Part shown: one piece after another, positions 29,960 to 38,468 of the stretch
Numbering within the stretch: position 1 is the stretch's first letter
Layout of the letters: each line of letters opens with the position of its first letter
IMG/VR virus record: IMGVR_UViG_2547132278_000009
Length of the DNA stretch: 40,040 bases
Reading direction: 5' to 3' (one strand)
From: a virus
Taxonomy: Duplodnaviria > Heunggongvirae > Uroviricota > Caudoviricetes
Notes under the pieces: model-generated
Database searches by the model: none
Seen by the model: only the letters and a program-made list of their open reading frames with translations
Told to the model about the DNA's origin: nothing
Made by a program: the position numbers and the translations under genes

Positions 29960-30271
29960 TCAGGCTATTGCCATCACTGATGCTCTCTGAATCTCTTGCT
30001 GGGCCACGCGGTTAACTTCCATCAAAGCCAGTTCGAGCTGATGTTCCGGCCACATTCTTTGAAATGCCACCCAGCCTTTTCCACGCTGGCGACGAACATT
30101 CATTACATAACGAGTAAAGGTGTTTTTATCGAAAGACACCGCTGTTTCACGGAACAGACGAATAGAGGTTCCATTGGCAACGATGTCCAGCAAAGTTAAT
30201 TGAGCAACCAGCGCAGGCTTCTCTTTTCTCTTCTGGTCTTTGTCCAGACCAAGAACCAATGATTTTTTCAT
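29960..30271 (-). CDS. Hypothetical basic protein (103 aa), possible DNA-binding protein
   Basis: ORF 29960..30301; start MKKSLVLG at 30271 with GGAG RBS; K/R-rich. Confidence 0.5.
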   Translation of the reverse strand: MKKSLVLGLDKDQKRKEKPALVAQLTLLDIVANGTSIRLFRETAVSFDKNTFTRYVMNVRRQRGKGWVAFQRMWPEHQLELALMEVNRVAQQEIQRASVMAIA

Positions 30272-30280
30272 TACAACTCC

Positions 30281-30299
30281 GTAAACAACTTGTTTTCTC
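30281..30299 (-). promoter_or_regulatory. Palindromic operator copy (GAAAACAA-G-TTGTTTAC) in the 5' leader of the basic-protein gene
   Basis: Read directly; lies within a ~60-bp module duplicated at 30765-30840. Confidence 0.5.
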
Positions 30300-30424
30300 A
30301 ATGGCGTAAATAATACCAGTAAGAAAACGGCTACAAAGCATATTGATCAGGCGCATGAGCGATATGCAGGTTCTTCCCTGCGGCTATAGAGAAATTAAGC
30401 CAGCAATGCTGGCTTTGGTTGGGG

Positions 30425-30754
30425 TTACTCGAATACTTCAAGAAACTCCTGAACGTCCCAATGCTGGACAAGGTGAAGATAGACCTTAGAAATAACGTCA
30501 TTCTCGCTATCGCATGTGAAGTAGAACTTCTGGCTGCGGTTGTATGTGTCCACACAAAATTCGCTCATATCCATAAAGTCAGCATCATCACCCAGGTCGC
30601 AAATCATCAAAGCAGGAGCATCATCACGAGTCATCAGCTCAAGCACCCAGCGCGAATTGATCAGCGTGGAAGACCAACCTTCTAACTCATAAAACTGGTC
30701 AAACTCTTTTTGAGTCATTTTCTTGATTTGGTTGATGTCGATATTTGCAAACAT
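30425..30754 (-). CDS. Hypothetical acidic protein (about 109 aa)
   Basis: ORF 30425..30820; start MFANIDINQ at 30754 with AAGGAT RBS; net acidic, D/E-rich. Confidence 0.5.
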   Translation of the reverse strand: MFANIDINQIKKMTQKEFDQFYELEGWSSTLINSRWVLELMTRDDAPALMICDLGDDADFMDMSEFCVDTYNRSQKFYFTCDSENDVISKVYLHLVQHWDVQEFLEVFE

Positions 30755-30764
30755 AACGCAATCC

Positions 30765-30783
30765 TTAAACATGTTGTTTTCTG
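30765..30783 (-). promoter_or_regulatory. Palindromic operator copy (GAAAACAA-C-ATGTTTAA) upstream of the acidic 109-aa gene
   Basis: Read directly; part of duplicated promoter module. Confidence 0.5.
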
Positions 30784-30892
30784 AATTGCGTAAACAATAC
30801 CAGTAAGAAAACGGCCACAAAGTATATCGTTACGGTGCTGCGCTGCCCGGAGGTTAATAGCGACAAAAGCCACCGTGCTGGTGGCCTCACTC

Positions 30893-31111
30893 TTAATCTT
30901 CGTCGCCCGGGAACTCGCTGTGTACCGCGTCCACCAGCTCCCGCTTTTCATCTTCACTCAGCAGGTGCCAGATATCCTTCCCTTTGGGCGATTCCCCTTC
31001 TGCCGGGACGAACGACCACAACTTGCGGTACAACTCCGGCCCCACTGCATCCAGACACTCAGCCAGGGATTCCACGCCCCACACCTCAACCGTCACAGGC
31101 ATCTTAATCAT
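30893..31111 (-). CDS. Hypothetical small acidic protein (72 aa)
   Basis: ORF with GAGGATGAAGAG RBS-like leader; acidic C-terminus EFPGDED. Confidence 0.45.
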   Translation of the reverse strand: MIKMPVTVEVWGVESLAECLDAVGPELYRKLWSFVPAEGESPKGKDIWHLLSEDEKRELVDAVHSEFPGDED

Positions 31112-31142
31112 CTCTTCATCCTCACTTCGTTTATATAACGTC

Positions 31143-31159
31143 TAAACATGTTGTTTACT
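31143..31159 (-). promoter_or_regulatory. Palindromic operator copy upstream of the 72-aa gene
   Basis: TAAACATGTTGTTTACT with the same flanking TTAATAACACCAACAAG block as the site at 28613. Confidence 0.45.
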
Positions 31160-31491
31160 TGTTGGTGTTATTAACGCAATAAGACAAAGGCGAAAAAGGA
31201 TTTTATTCCGGTGAATGTGGTTTTGGCAGTGAGTTTTCAGGTTCAGTACCGAGTACACTTTTTACATTATTCTGATTTAGTGGCCGAAAGTGGCTGGTGG
31301 CAGAGTAATCCTCTCCCCAAAAACCTACTGAAATCGATTGTGCCCCGTTGGCTGTCTGGCACAATTACGCTGTAGCTGGGCATTCAGAGGGAATCCAGCG
31401 GTAAGCAAGCCCGCCTACGTGAGCGCCTCTCTTCTTCCCGCACATTACAGGTGGGTAGCCGCAACTCTCCCTCTCGCTATACCGGTACGCC

Positions 31492-31622
31492 GCCGTTCCT
31501 GAACCGGCATCGAGCCTTTTCCCGAAATCCACACAGGCAACTCGACCGTTTCCCTGAAAATCCCCAGCCGTTCCCCGAAGGCAACCCAGCCGTTTCTGTA
31601 GCGGGATGCAACCTTTTCCCTG
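31492..31622. repeat. Iteron-like direct repeat array B (6 copies of G/A-CCGTTTCC-type units at about 22-bp spacing)
   Basis: Units begin at about 31492, 31514, 31545, 31567, 31589, 31610; several followed by GAAA. Confidence 0.65.
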
Positions 31623-31699
31623 TATGGACCGAAGACTGACCGTAGGGGTGTTACGGGGGGATAAAATCAGGAGTTGAATAAATACGAAAAAGGAGGCGA

Positions 31700-32600
31700 C
31701 ACCCCTCCTTCCCTCCCCACTTATACATACCTGGCTTCTTCGCTATACATGTTGTGTTTTATCTGTCTCAACCTCTCTATAGGCGTTAATGCTCACTCCT
31801 TCCAGAATGTTCTATACGGCGACTATTTCTGTTGGTGAATTGGGTGTGTTGTTTTCTCTGTCGGTGTATGTGGTTTCGTTCGTTTTGCGGTGGTTCTTCT
31901 ATGGGGTGTTCTCGTCGTTTTGGTGATTGTTCTTCTCCGTGTATGGAGTAATGGCAGGTGGGCGATTGCTTTCGTTATTGTGTTTGAGTTGTTTGTCTGG
32001 AGTGTGTGAAAGGCTTTTGTAGTTATTCGTGTATTGGGTAATGGCGTTTCCCGTGATTGTTATGTTTCGTGTCTTTTGGGATTGAGAGAAACCTTGCGGT
32101 TATAGGCTTCGTTGGGTTTTCAGTGATTCTGGTGTTTCTTCGCTGTTTGGGGAATGGCGTGTCGTGGGTATTGCGCGTATGAATGTTTTCGGATTGCCTG
32201 TGAAAGTTAGGTTGGCTGTCCGGTAGCCTGGGGAGAAGAGGTGGGTCTTTTCGGTAGCCTGCCATAAAGAGGTTGGTTGTTTTTGGGAATGGCATTTGTG
32301 TTATTTAGTTGTTTTGTTATGCCTGAAAATAAGTTGTTTATATGGTTGTGTAACGCAACGGGAGCGATTTTGAGCGTGTGTTTTTGTTGGTAGTGTGTTG
32401 GGTCGTCTGTGGTGAAAATTGGACGCTGTGGCGCTGTCTGCTGCGTAGAATTACGGGTATAAGAAGTGATGTGTGAAAACGTCAATTTTTTAGACCAAAT
32501 CGGGTGAAAGCGTTGATGTTTCGTTGATCTGTTATTCAGTTGTTTTCTTGATTGTATAAACAACTATAACTTATTGATATTTAAGGATGTGATTGCGGGT
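31700..32600. other. About 0.9 kb ORF-free tract with extreme G+T richness on the plus strand
   Basis: Long runs of G/T-only words; recurring GG(G/T)AATGGC units near 31951, 32037, 32143, 32287; only low-complexity ORFs. Confidence 0.6.
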
Positions 32601-32682
32601 ATGGAAAGGGAGTAGTGGCGATCAACGGATTCTTATAGAAAAGAATCAAATTGTGACCGCCATTATCAATGAGTTGCAACCG

Positions 32683-33252
32683 TTAGTTGTTCAGATAAAC
32701 ATTTGGAACACGGACGTAGAAGTTCCTGTCGCCGGTAAGTTCCAGAGTAATGTTAATGTCATTACCATTGTCTAGTGTAGCCGTTGCTCTATAGAACTTA
32801 TCCGTCACCTTGTCCTCTATTGTCACCTTCATACATTTTGGTGCAGTCGAACCGTTATTCTCTTTCAGAATAGTTGTCACGAGAGGGCAGGCTGCTTCTT
32901 CAAGAGCAACCTCGTCCTTGTGTGGGATGCCGATGAAGATAATCCAAGCCAGCGACGCAACGATTATGATAAATGGCACTCTGCTGCCTTTTGTAATAGT
33001 CGCGCGCTTCCAGAGATAGACAGGCAGGAGGAATACCCCCCATAGAATTGAAGGTGGTTCACAGCCAGACTCCGATAGAGCCATTCTGTCAGCTACTAAC
33101 AAACCGATGGTAGTTACACCCCCAATTATAATAGCGTAATTGGTATACTCTTCCGGCGATACTCCAAAGAAGAAAGGCATGAACGCTAGAATCCACGCAT
33201 AAATGTTATTCAGAGGTTTTGTTTGTTGGTTCTGGGTTTCCATCACATCCAT
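32683..33252 (-). CDS. Membrane protein (about 3-4 predicted transmembrane helices plus C-terminal soluble domain)
   Basis: 189 aa; hydrophobic segments IYAWILAFMPFFFG, AIIIGGVTTIGLLV, ILWGVFLLPVYLW, FIIIVASLAWIIFIGI. Confidence 0.55.
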   Translation of the reverse strand: MDVMETQNQQTKPLNNIYAWILAFMPFFFGVSPEEYTNYAIIIGGVTTIGLLVADRMALSESGCEPPSILWGVFLLPVYLWKRATITKGSRVPFIIIVASLAWIIFIGIPHKDEVALEEAACPLVTTILKENNGSTAPKCMKVTIEDKVTDKFYRATATLDNGNDINITLELTGDRNFYVRVPNVYLNN

Positions 33253-33404
33253 TCCATCACATAAAAATCGCGTTTATATATTATCAATTTTCTCACTTGT
33301 ATAACCTAAATACGCATCCGTTTATCAATTCACCTTCCACAAACATCAGCTTTAGCTATGAAAAATAACAATCTCAAAGTGAAAACCATTATCATAGGAA
33401 ACGA

Positions 33405-33590
33405 TTAGATGAGATGGTCTAATTCATCATCTATCATTGCTTTAACACTTGAGTCATTAACCCCGTATTGATTTATGAACCGTTTCAGCTCCGGTGAAAA
33501 CTGAAGGTAGATATCGTGAGCGTTTTTCACTGTAGGTTCAACGCCACGCATTTCAAGCGCCTTTAGTAGATATGAGTCTTCTTTAAGCAT
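33405..33590 (-). CDS. Hypothetical small protein (61 aa)
   Basis: ORF downstream of the 102-aa gene, likely co-transcribed. Confidence 0.4.
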   Translation of the reverse strand: MLKEDSYLLKALEMRGVEPTVKNAHDIYLQFSPELKRFINQYGVNDSSVKAMIDDELDHLI

Positions 33591-33626
33591 AAATTCTCCG
33601 TTGTCTAGTATGAAGCGATTGCCGGA

Positions 33627-33935
33627 TTACCATTGCCAGCACTCTAGCCCTTCAACGACCGGTGCACCACAATCAAAATGTACAGAGTCAAAGCCTACAT
33701 CAAGTACTTTCTGAATGTTAGCAATCGCGCCTTCGGATATACCATATCGACGCAAGTCCTCTTTCCAGACATCATCCTGTAACCCGGCGTGGACAATACA
33801 ACCGCCGTCAATTTGTGAAACCCAATCCAGCTCATTGCTTGCGATCATGAATCGGCGAGCATCTTCCTCTGATGTATGAGATGAACTGATCAATGCCACC
33901 TGGTAGGCTTGGGTAATGTTCAACATTTCAACCAC
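33627..33935 (-). CDS. Hypothetical acidic protein (102 aa)
   Basis: ORF preceded by two operator copies; acidic composition. Confidence 0.5.
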   Translation of the reverse strand: MVEMLNITQAYQVALISSSHTSEEDARRFMIASNELDWVSQIDGGCIVHAGLQDDVWKEDLRRYGISEGAIANIQKVLDVGFDSVHFDCGAPVVEGLECWQW

Positions 33936-33937
33936 TC

Positions 33938-34007
33938 CAAAACAATTTGTTTTCTTATGTGGCTTATTATCTCAATCAACAAAAGGTAGAAAACAAATTG
34001 TTTTAGG
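33938..34007 (-). promoter_or_regulatory. Two perfect or near-perfect copies of the 17-bp palindromic operator
   Basis: CAAAACAATTTGTTTTC (33938-33954) and GAAAACAAATTGTTTTA (33991-34007), just downstream of the metG terminator. Confidence 0.5.
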
Positions 34008-34029
34008 GCTTGTGTAAATCAGGAGGGAT

Positions 34030-34060
34030 TGTGTCTATATGAAAATGCCCAGCGTGTTGC
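34030..34060 (-). terminator. Probable metG terminator
   Basis: Minus-strand hairpin GCCCGGCAACACGCTGGGC followed by ATTTTCAT, a few tens of bp after the metG stop; coordinates approximate. Confidence 0.5.
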
Positions 34061-34087
34061 CGGGCATTGCGAAGAGAGGTTGTTTAA

Positions 34088-36121
34088 TTACTTAACCTGA
34101 TGGCCTGGTTTAGCACCGGCATCCGGGCTTAACAGGAAGATATCTTTCCCGCCGGGGCCAGCAGCCATCACCATGCCTTCAGAGATACCGAAGCGCATTT
34201 TACGCGGAGCCAGGTTAGCCACCATAATGGTGTGACGACCAATCAGTGCCTGTGGATCTGGATAAGCGGAACGGATGCCTGAGAAGACATTACGCTTTTC
34301 ACCACCGAGATCCAGCGTCAGGCGCAGCAGTTTGTCAGAACCTTCGACAAACTCCGCGTTTTCAATCAGCGCCACACGCAGGTCAACTTTGGCGAAGTCG
34401 TCAAAGGTGATGGTTTCCTGAATCGGGTCGTCAGCCAGTGGGCCAGTTACCGGTGCAGCTGTGGCTTTCACTTCTTCTTTGGATGCTTCCACCAGTGCTT
34501 CCACCTGTTTCATATCGATACGGTTATACAGTGCCTTGAACGGATTCACTTTATGGCCCAGCAGCGGTTGCTGGATACCATCCCAGGTCAGTTCTGTATT
34601 CAGGAATGCTTCTGCACGTTCAGTCAGTTTCGGCAGTACCGGTTTCAGGTACGTCATCAGCACGCGGAACAGGTTAATGCCCATAGAGCAAATCGCCTGC
34701 AGATCGGCATCGCGTCCTTCCTGCTTCGCCACCACCCACGGAGCCTGTTCATCGACATAGCGGTTAGCCAGATCAGCCAGCGCCATGATTTCACGAATCG
34801 CTTTACCAAATTCGCGGCTTTCCCATGCTTCACCAATCACTTCAGCGGCATCAGTAAAGGTTTTGTACAGTTGCGGGTCAGCCAGTTCGCCTGCCAGCAC
34901 ACCGTCAAAACGCTTATTGATAAAGCCCGCGTTACGGGACGCCAGATTCACCACTTTGTTCACGATATCGGCATTCACGCGCTGAACGAAATCCTCCAGG
35001 TTGAGATCGATATCATCAATGCGCGAAGAGAGTTTCGCAGTGTAGTAGTAACGCAGGCTGTCAGCGTCAAAATGATTCAGCCAGGTGCTGGCTTTAATAA
35101 AGGTGCCGCGAGACTTGGACATCTTCGCACCGTTCACCGTCACATAGCCATGAACAAACAGGTTGGTCGGCTTGCGGAAGTTGCTGCCTTCCAGCATGGC
35201 AGGCCAGAACAGGCTGTGGAAGTAAACGATATCTTTACCGATGAAGTGGTACAGCTCGGCGGTGGAGTCTTTCTTCCAGTATTCGTCGAAGCTGGTAGTG
35301 TCGCCGCGTTTGTCGCACAGATTCTTGAAGGAACCCATGTAGCCAATCGGTGCGTCCAGCCAGACGTAGAAATATTTGCCCGGTGCGTTCGGAATTTCAA
35401 AACCGAAGTACGGCGCATCGCGGGAGATATCCCACTGTTGCAGGCCAGATTCAAACCACTCCTGCATTTTGTTTGCCACCTGCTCCTGCAACGCACCGCT
35501 GCGGGTCCATGCCTGCAACATTTCGCTGAAAGAGGGCAGATCAAAGAAGAAGTGTTCGGAATCACGCATTACCGGCGTAGCACCAGAAACTACCGATTTC
35601 GGCTCGATCAGTTCAGTCGGGCTGTAAGTCGCGCCGCAGACTTCACAGTTATCGCCGTATTGATCTGGCGCTTTACATTTAGGACAGGTGCCTTTTACAA
35701 AACGGTCCGGCAGGAACATGCCTTTTTCCGGGTCGTACAACTGAGAGATAGTGCGGTTTTTAATAAAACCGTTCTCTTTCAGGCGAGTATAGATAAGCTC
35801 AGACAACTGACGGTTCTCTTCGCTGTGCGTCGAGTGATAGTTGTCATAGCTGATGTTAAAGCCTGCGAAATCAGTCTGATGTTCCTGACTCATTTCGCCA
35901 ATCATCTGCTCCGGTGTGATACCAAGCTGCTGTGCTTTCAGCATGATCGGCGTACCGTGGGCATCGTCGGCACAGATGAAATTAACCTCGTGGCCGCGCA
36001 TTCGCTGGTAACGAACCCAGACATCAGCCTGGATGTGCTCCAGCATATGGCCGAGGTGGATTGAGCCGTTAGCGTACGGCAGCGCGCACGTCACCAGAAT
36101 TTTCTTCGCGACTTGGGTCAT
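34088..36121 (-). CDS. metG: Methionyl-tRNA synthetase
   Basis: Near-identity to E. coli MetG as I recall it (start [36 protein letters not shown] motif present); ORF-track N-terminal extension discarded. Confidence 0.97.
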   Translation of the reverse strand: MTQVAKKILVTCALPYANGSIHLGHMLEHIQADVWVRYQRMRGHEVNFICADDAHGTPIMLKAQQLGITPEQMIGEMSQEHQTDFAGFNISYDNYHSTHSEENRQLSELIYTRLKENGFIKNRTISQLYDPEKGMFLPDRFVKGTCPKCKAPDQYGDNCEVCGATYSPTELIEPKSVVSGATPVMRDSEHFFFDLPSFSEMLQAWTRSGALQEQVANKMQEWFESGLQQWDISRDAPYFGFEIPNAPGKYFYVWLDAPIGYMGSFKNLCDKRGDTTSFDEYWKKDSTAELYHFIGKDIVYFHSLFWPAMLEGSNFRKPTNLFVHGYVTVNGAKMSKSRGTFIKASTWLNHFDADSLRYYYTAKLSSRIDDIDLNLEDFVQRVNADIVNKVVNLASRNAGFINKRFDGVLAGELADPQLYKTFTDAAEVIGEAWESREFGKAIREIMALADLANRYVDEQAPWVVAKQEGRDADLQAICSMGINLFRVLMTYLKPVLPKLTERAEAFLNTELTWDGIQQPLLGHKVNPFKALYNRIDMKQVEALVEASKEEVKATAAPVTGPLADDPIQETITFDDFAKVDLRVALIENAEFVEGSDKLLRLTLDLGGEKRNVFSGIRSAYPDPQALIGRHTIMVANLAPRKMRFGISEGMVMAAGPGGKDIFLLSPDAGAKPGHQVK

Positions 36122-36278
36122 AGTAGGCATTACTTCTTTGTAGTGAAAAGGGGCTTGATAGTAACAAAATGGCCTTATGTCTGCCATGTGATAACAGCAT
36201 TTCTCATAAATGATTAAATGTCGTAGCTGGAGTACACTACAAGGCGACAATTGCGCAAATTAAAATAAAGGAGACGGG

Positions 36279-37379
36279 ATGAGCGAGTCCAAATCGCCGG
36301 ATGCCCTGAGAGCAATGGTAGCCGGTACGCTGGCTAATTTTCAGCACCCAACCCTGAAACACAACCTGACTACGCTTAAAGCGTTACACCATGTTGCGTT
36401 GATGGATGACACACTGCATGTCGAACTAATCATGCCTTTCGTGTGGAATAAGCCTTTTGAAGACCTGAAAGAGCAATGTAGTGGTGATCTGCTCCGTATC
36501 ACTGGCGCAAAGGCTATTGACTGGAAGCTGTCGTACAACATTGCCACGCTTAAGCGTGTCAAAAACCAACCAGGCATTAATGGCGTTAAGAACATTATCG
36601 CCGTCAGCTCAGGCAAGGGCGGCGTGGGTAAATCCTCCACGGCGGTAAACCTGGCACTGGCGTTGGCTGCTGAAGGTGCGAAAGTTGGTATTTTGGATGC
36701 CGATATCTATGGTCCATCAATTCCAACCATGCTGGGCGCGGAAAACCAACGTCCAACCTCACCTGACGGTACTCACATGGCACCTATCATGTCTCATGGC
36801 CTGGCAACCAACTCTATTGGTTATCTGGTCACCGACGACAATGCAATGGTGTGGCGTGGACCGATGGCCAGCAAGGCGCTGATGCAGATGTTGCAGGAAA
36901 CTCTATGGCCTGATCTGGACTATCTTGTTCTCGATATGCCGCCGGGCACTGGTGATATTCAGTTGACGCTGGCGCAGAACATTCCTGTAACTGGTGCTGT
37001 TGTGGTAACTACGCCGCAAGACATCGCGCTGATCGATGCGAAGAAAGGCATTGTGATGTTCGAAAAAGTCGAAGTGCCGGTACTGGGTATCGTCGAAAAC
37101 ATGAGTGTGCATATTTGCAGTAACTGCGGTCATCACGAGCCAATTTTCGGCACCGGTGGCGCAGAGAAACTGGCCGAGAAATACAACACGCAGTTGTTAG
37201 GCCAAATGCCACTTCATATCTCACTTCGTGAAGATCTGGATAACGGAACACCAACCGTTATTAGTCGTCCAGATAGCGAATTTACGGCTATTTATCGTGA
37301 CCTCGCAGATCGCGTTGCTGCCCAAATGTATTGGCAAGGTGAAGTAATACCTGGCGAAATCGCATTCCGCGCAGTGTGA
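36279..37379 (+). CDS. mrp: Mrp/ApbC iron-sulfur cluster carrier ATPase
   Basis: Near-identity to E. coli Mrp as I recall it (P-loop SGKGGVGKSS, CSNCGHHE motif); divergent from metG. Confidence 0.95.
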   Translation: MSESKSPDALRAMVAGTLANFQHPTLKHNLTTLKALHHVALMDDTLHVELIMPFVWNKPFEDLKEQCSGDLLRITGAKAIDWKLSYNIATLKRVKNQPGINGVKNIIAVSSGKGGVGKSSTAVNLALALAAEGAKVGILDADIYGPSIPTMLGAENQRPTSPDGTHMAPIMSHGLATNSIGYLVTDDNAMVWRGPMASKALMQMLQETLWPDLDYLVLDMPPGTGDIQLTLAQNIPVTGAVVVTTPQDIALIDAKKGIVMFEKVEVPVLGIVENMSVHICSNCGHHEPIFGTGGAEKLAEKYNTQLLGQMPLHISLREDLDNGTPTVISRPDSEFTAIYRDLADRVAAQMYWQGEVIPGEIAFRAV

Positions 37380-37383
37380 TAAA

Positions 37384-37405
37384 AAGGCGGTGCATTGCAC
37401 CGCCT
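37384..37405. terminator. Bidirectional terminator between mrp and the UmuD-like gene
   Basis: AGGCGGTGCA-TT-GCACCGCCT stem-loop flanked by A/T runs. Confidence 0.6.
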
Positions 37406-37416
37406 AATCAGTTCTC

Positions 37417-37806
37417 CTACATCACGGGACAATCATCAAACTCGCCACTTCTTGCGTCGTTGATAATGTGAGTGATCACACCAAACACGGCATTGCTGCC
37501 CGTGCATCCATCGTCATCCTTTGGCAATGCTTCCTTCTTACCGGTTCTTAAATCCTCCAGATGCTGACGTGGATACTTCCGGTATCTTTTTACGCGATAT
37601 TCCCCATCCAGAGCGCATACAAGCAGAGAACCATCAACCGGGGTAAGTGAGGAATCGACCACCAGCAATGCACCCTGTAATATTCCCTCACGATGATGAC
37701 TATCAGCTGCCCTCATGAAGTAGGTCGCTGAAGGATGTCTAATTATCTGCTGATCAAGAGAAATACGGCTCTCAGCATAATCCGCCGCAGGAGAAGGGAA
37801 GCCCAT
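37417..37806 (-). CDS. UmuD-like S24 peptidase-family protein, without an adjacent umuC
   Basis: 129 aa; GFPSPAADY..., HPSATYF and GVITH match E. coli UmuD; Ser and Lys of the S24 dyad appear present (DSH..., VKR). Confidence 0.8.
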   Translation of the reverse strand: MGFPSPAADYAESRISLDQQIIRHPSATYFMRAADSHHREGILQGALLVVDSSLTPVDGSLLVCALDGEYRVKRYRKYPRQHLEDLRTGKKEALPKDDDGCTGSNAVFGVITHIINDARSGEFDDCPVM

Positions 37807-37822
37807 AATACTCGCCTCTTAA

Positions 37823-37842
37823 TACTGTATACACATACAGTA
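37823..37842. promoter_or_regulatory. LexA (SOS) box
   Basis: TACTGTATACACATACAGTA, i.e. CTGT-N8-ACAG, 17 bp upstream of the UmuD-like start codon. Confidence 0.85.
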
Positions 37843-38140
37843 TATATTGAAGCTATATATTTTTGAACTCTATCTCTTAAAAAAGATGTTAATAAGATGC
37901 TAACTATTGAAAGGCATAAATATATACAATTCAAACAAACGTTATTTTTAACAAATTTTTTCTTCCCATTGACTTTTTCGAACGCCTTGTCCGGTCTAAA
38001 GTGCGCAGAAGTCACTTTTTCCTTCCTGAGTTATCCACAGGCTTATGCACTTGCATGAAAAATCTATTCACACTATCTTAATTCGCAAGACACTGATGTT
38101 GCAGTATTGAGGGTATGTTGGGTTAAAAATAGACATTAAA

Positions 38141-38170
38141 AAGCCCAGTTGACTAGGCTGGGCTTTTTAA
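38141..38170. terminator. Bidirectional rho-independent terminator
   Basis: AAAAAGCCCAG-TTGACTAG-GCTGGGCTTTTT. Confidence 0.65.
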
Positions 38171-38468
38171 AAGGAAACAGAGTTTGCGGCTCTGTTCCTG
38201 AGCCATAAGTATCTGGCGACTGAATTAAGATTAACCGAATGTACTGGATTCATCAAGAAACGTTGAGTGGTCATACTAGGTAATAATGACCATTTACTAA
38301 ACATCGTTGTTCTCAAAGAAGATTTAAGTCCAGGTTTTTGGTGACTCTAAAACCTTACCTTAACTCGAAATCGTGCCGTAAGTATCTGGCGACTACAGAT
38401 ATTGCAACTGCAAAGGCAAGCCCAAAGGTATTTGCAGCTAGGCGCGATAAAACTAAGTGAGGCCTGTT

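Noticed and set aside
28780-31295. Chi octamers (GCTGGTGG) near 28786 and 31288
   Set aside because: Chi sites occur every few kb in E. coli; two copies are not unusual.
27987-31622. Possibility that the direct-repeat arrays are CRISPR arrays
   Set aside because: Repeat units are about 10 bp and degenerate, spacing about 22 bp, with no uniform spacers or cas genes; consistent with iterons, not CRISPR.
32023-32563. ORFs of 90 and 118 aa on the minus strand in the G+T-rich tract
   Set aside because: Translations are low-complexity (P/T/N/Q/H/K-rich) products of the compositional bias, with no RBS recognised.
26131-33312. 12-mer ATAACCTAAATA present at 26131 and 33301
   Set aside because: A single exact 12-mer repeat is expected by chance many times in 40 kb on two strands; not significant alone.
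34553-36064. 503-aa plus-strand ORF
   Set aside because: Lies entirely antisense within metG, whose product is near-identical to MetG as I recall it; shadow ORF.
36122-36250. N-terminal extension of the metG ORF (720 aa in the track)
   Set aside because: E. coli MetG as I recall it begins MTQVAKKIL; the extension is upstream in-frame read-through of the divergent promoter region.
36341-37254. Minus-strand ORFs of 77-99 aa within mrp
   Set aside because: Antisense to the strongly supported mrp gene.
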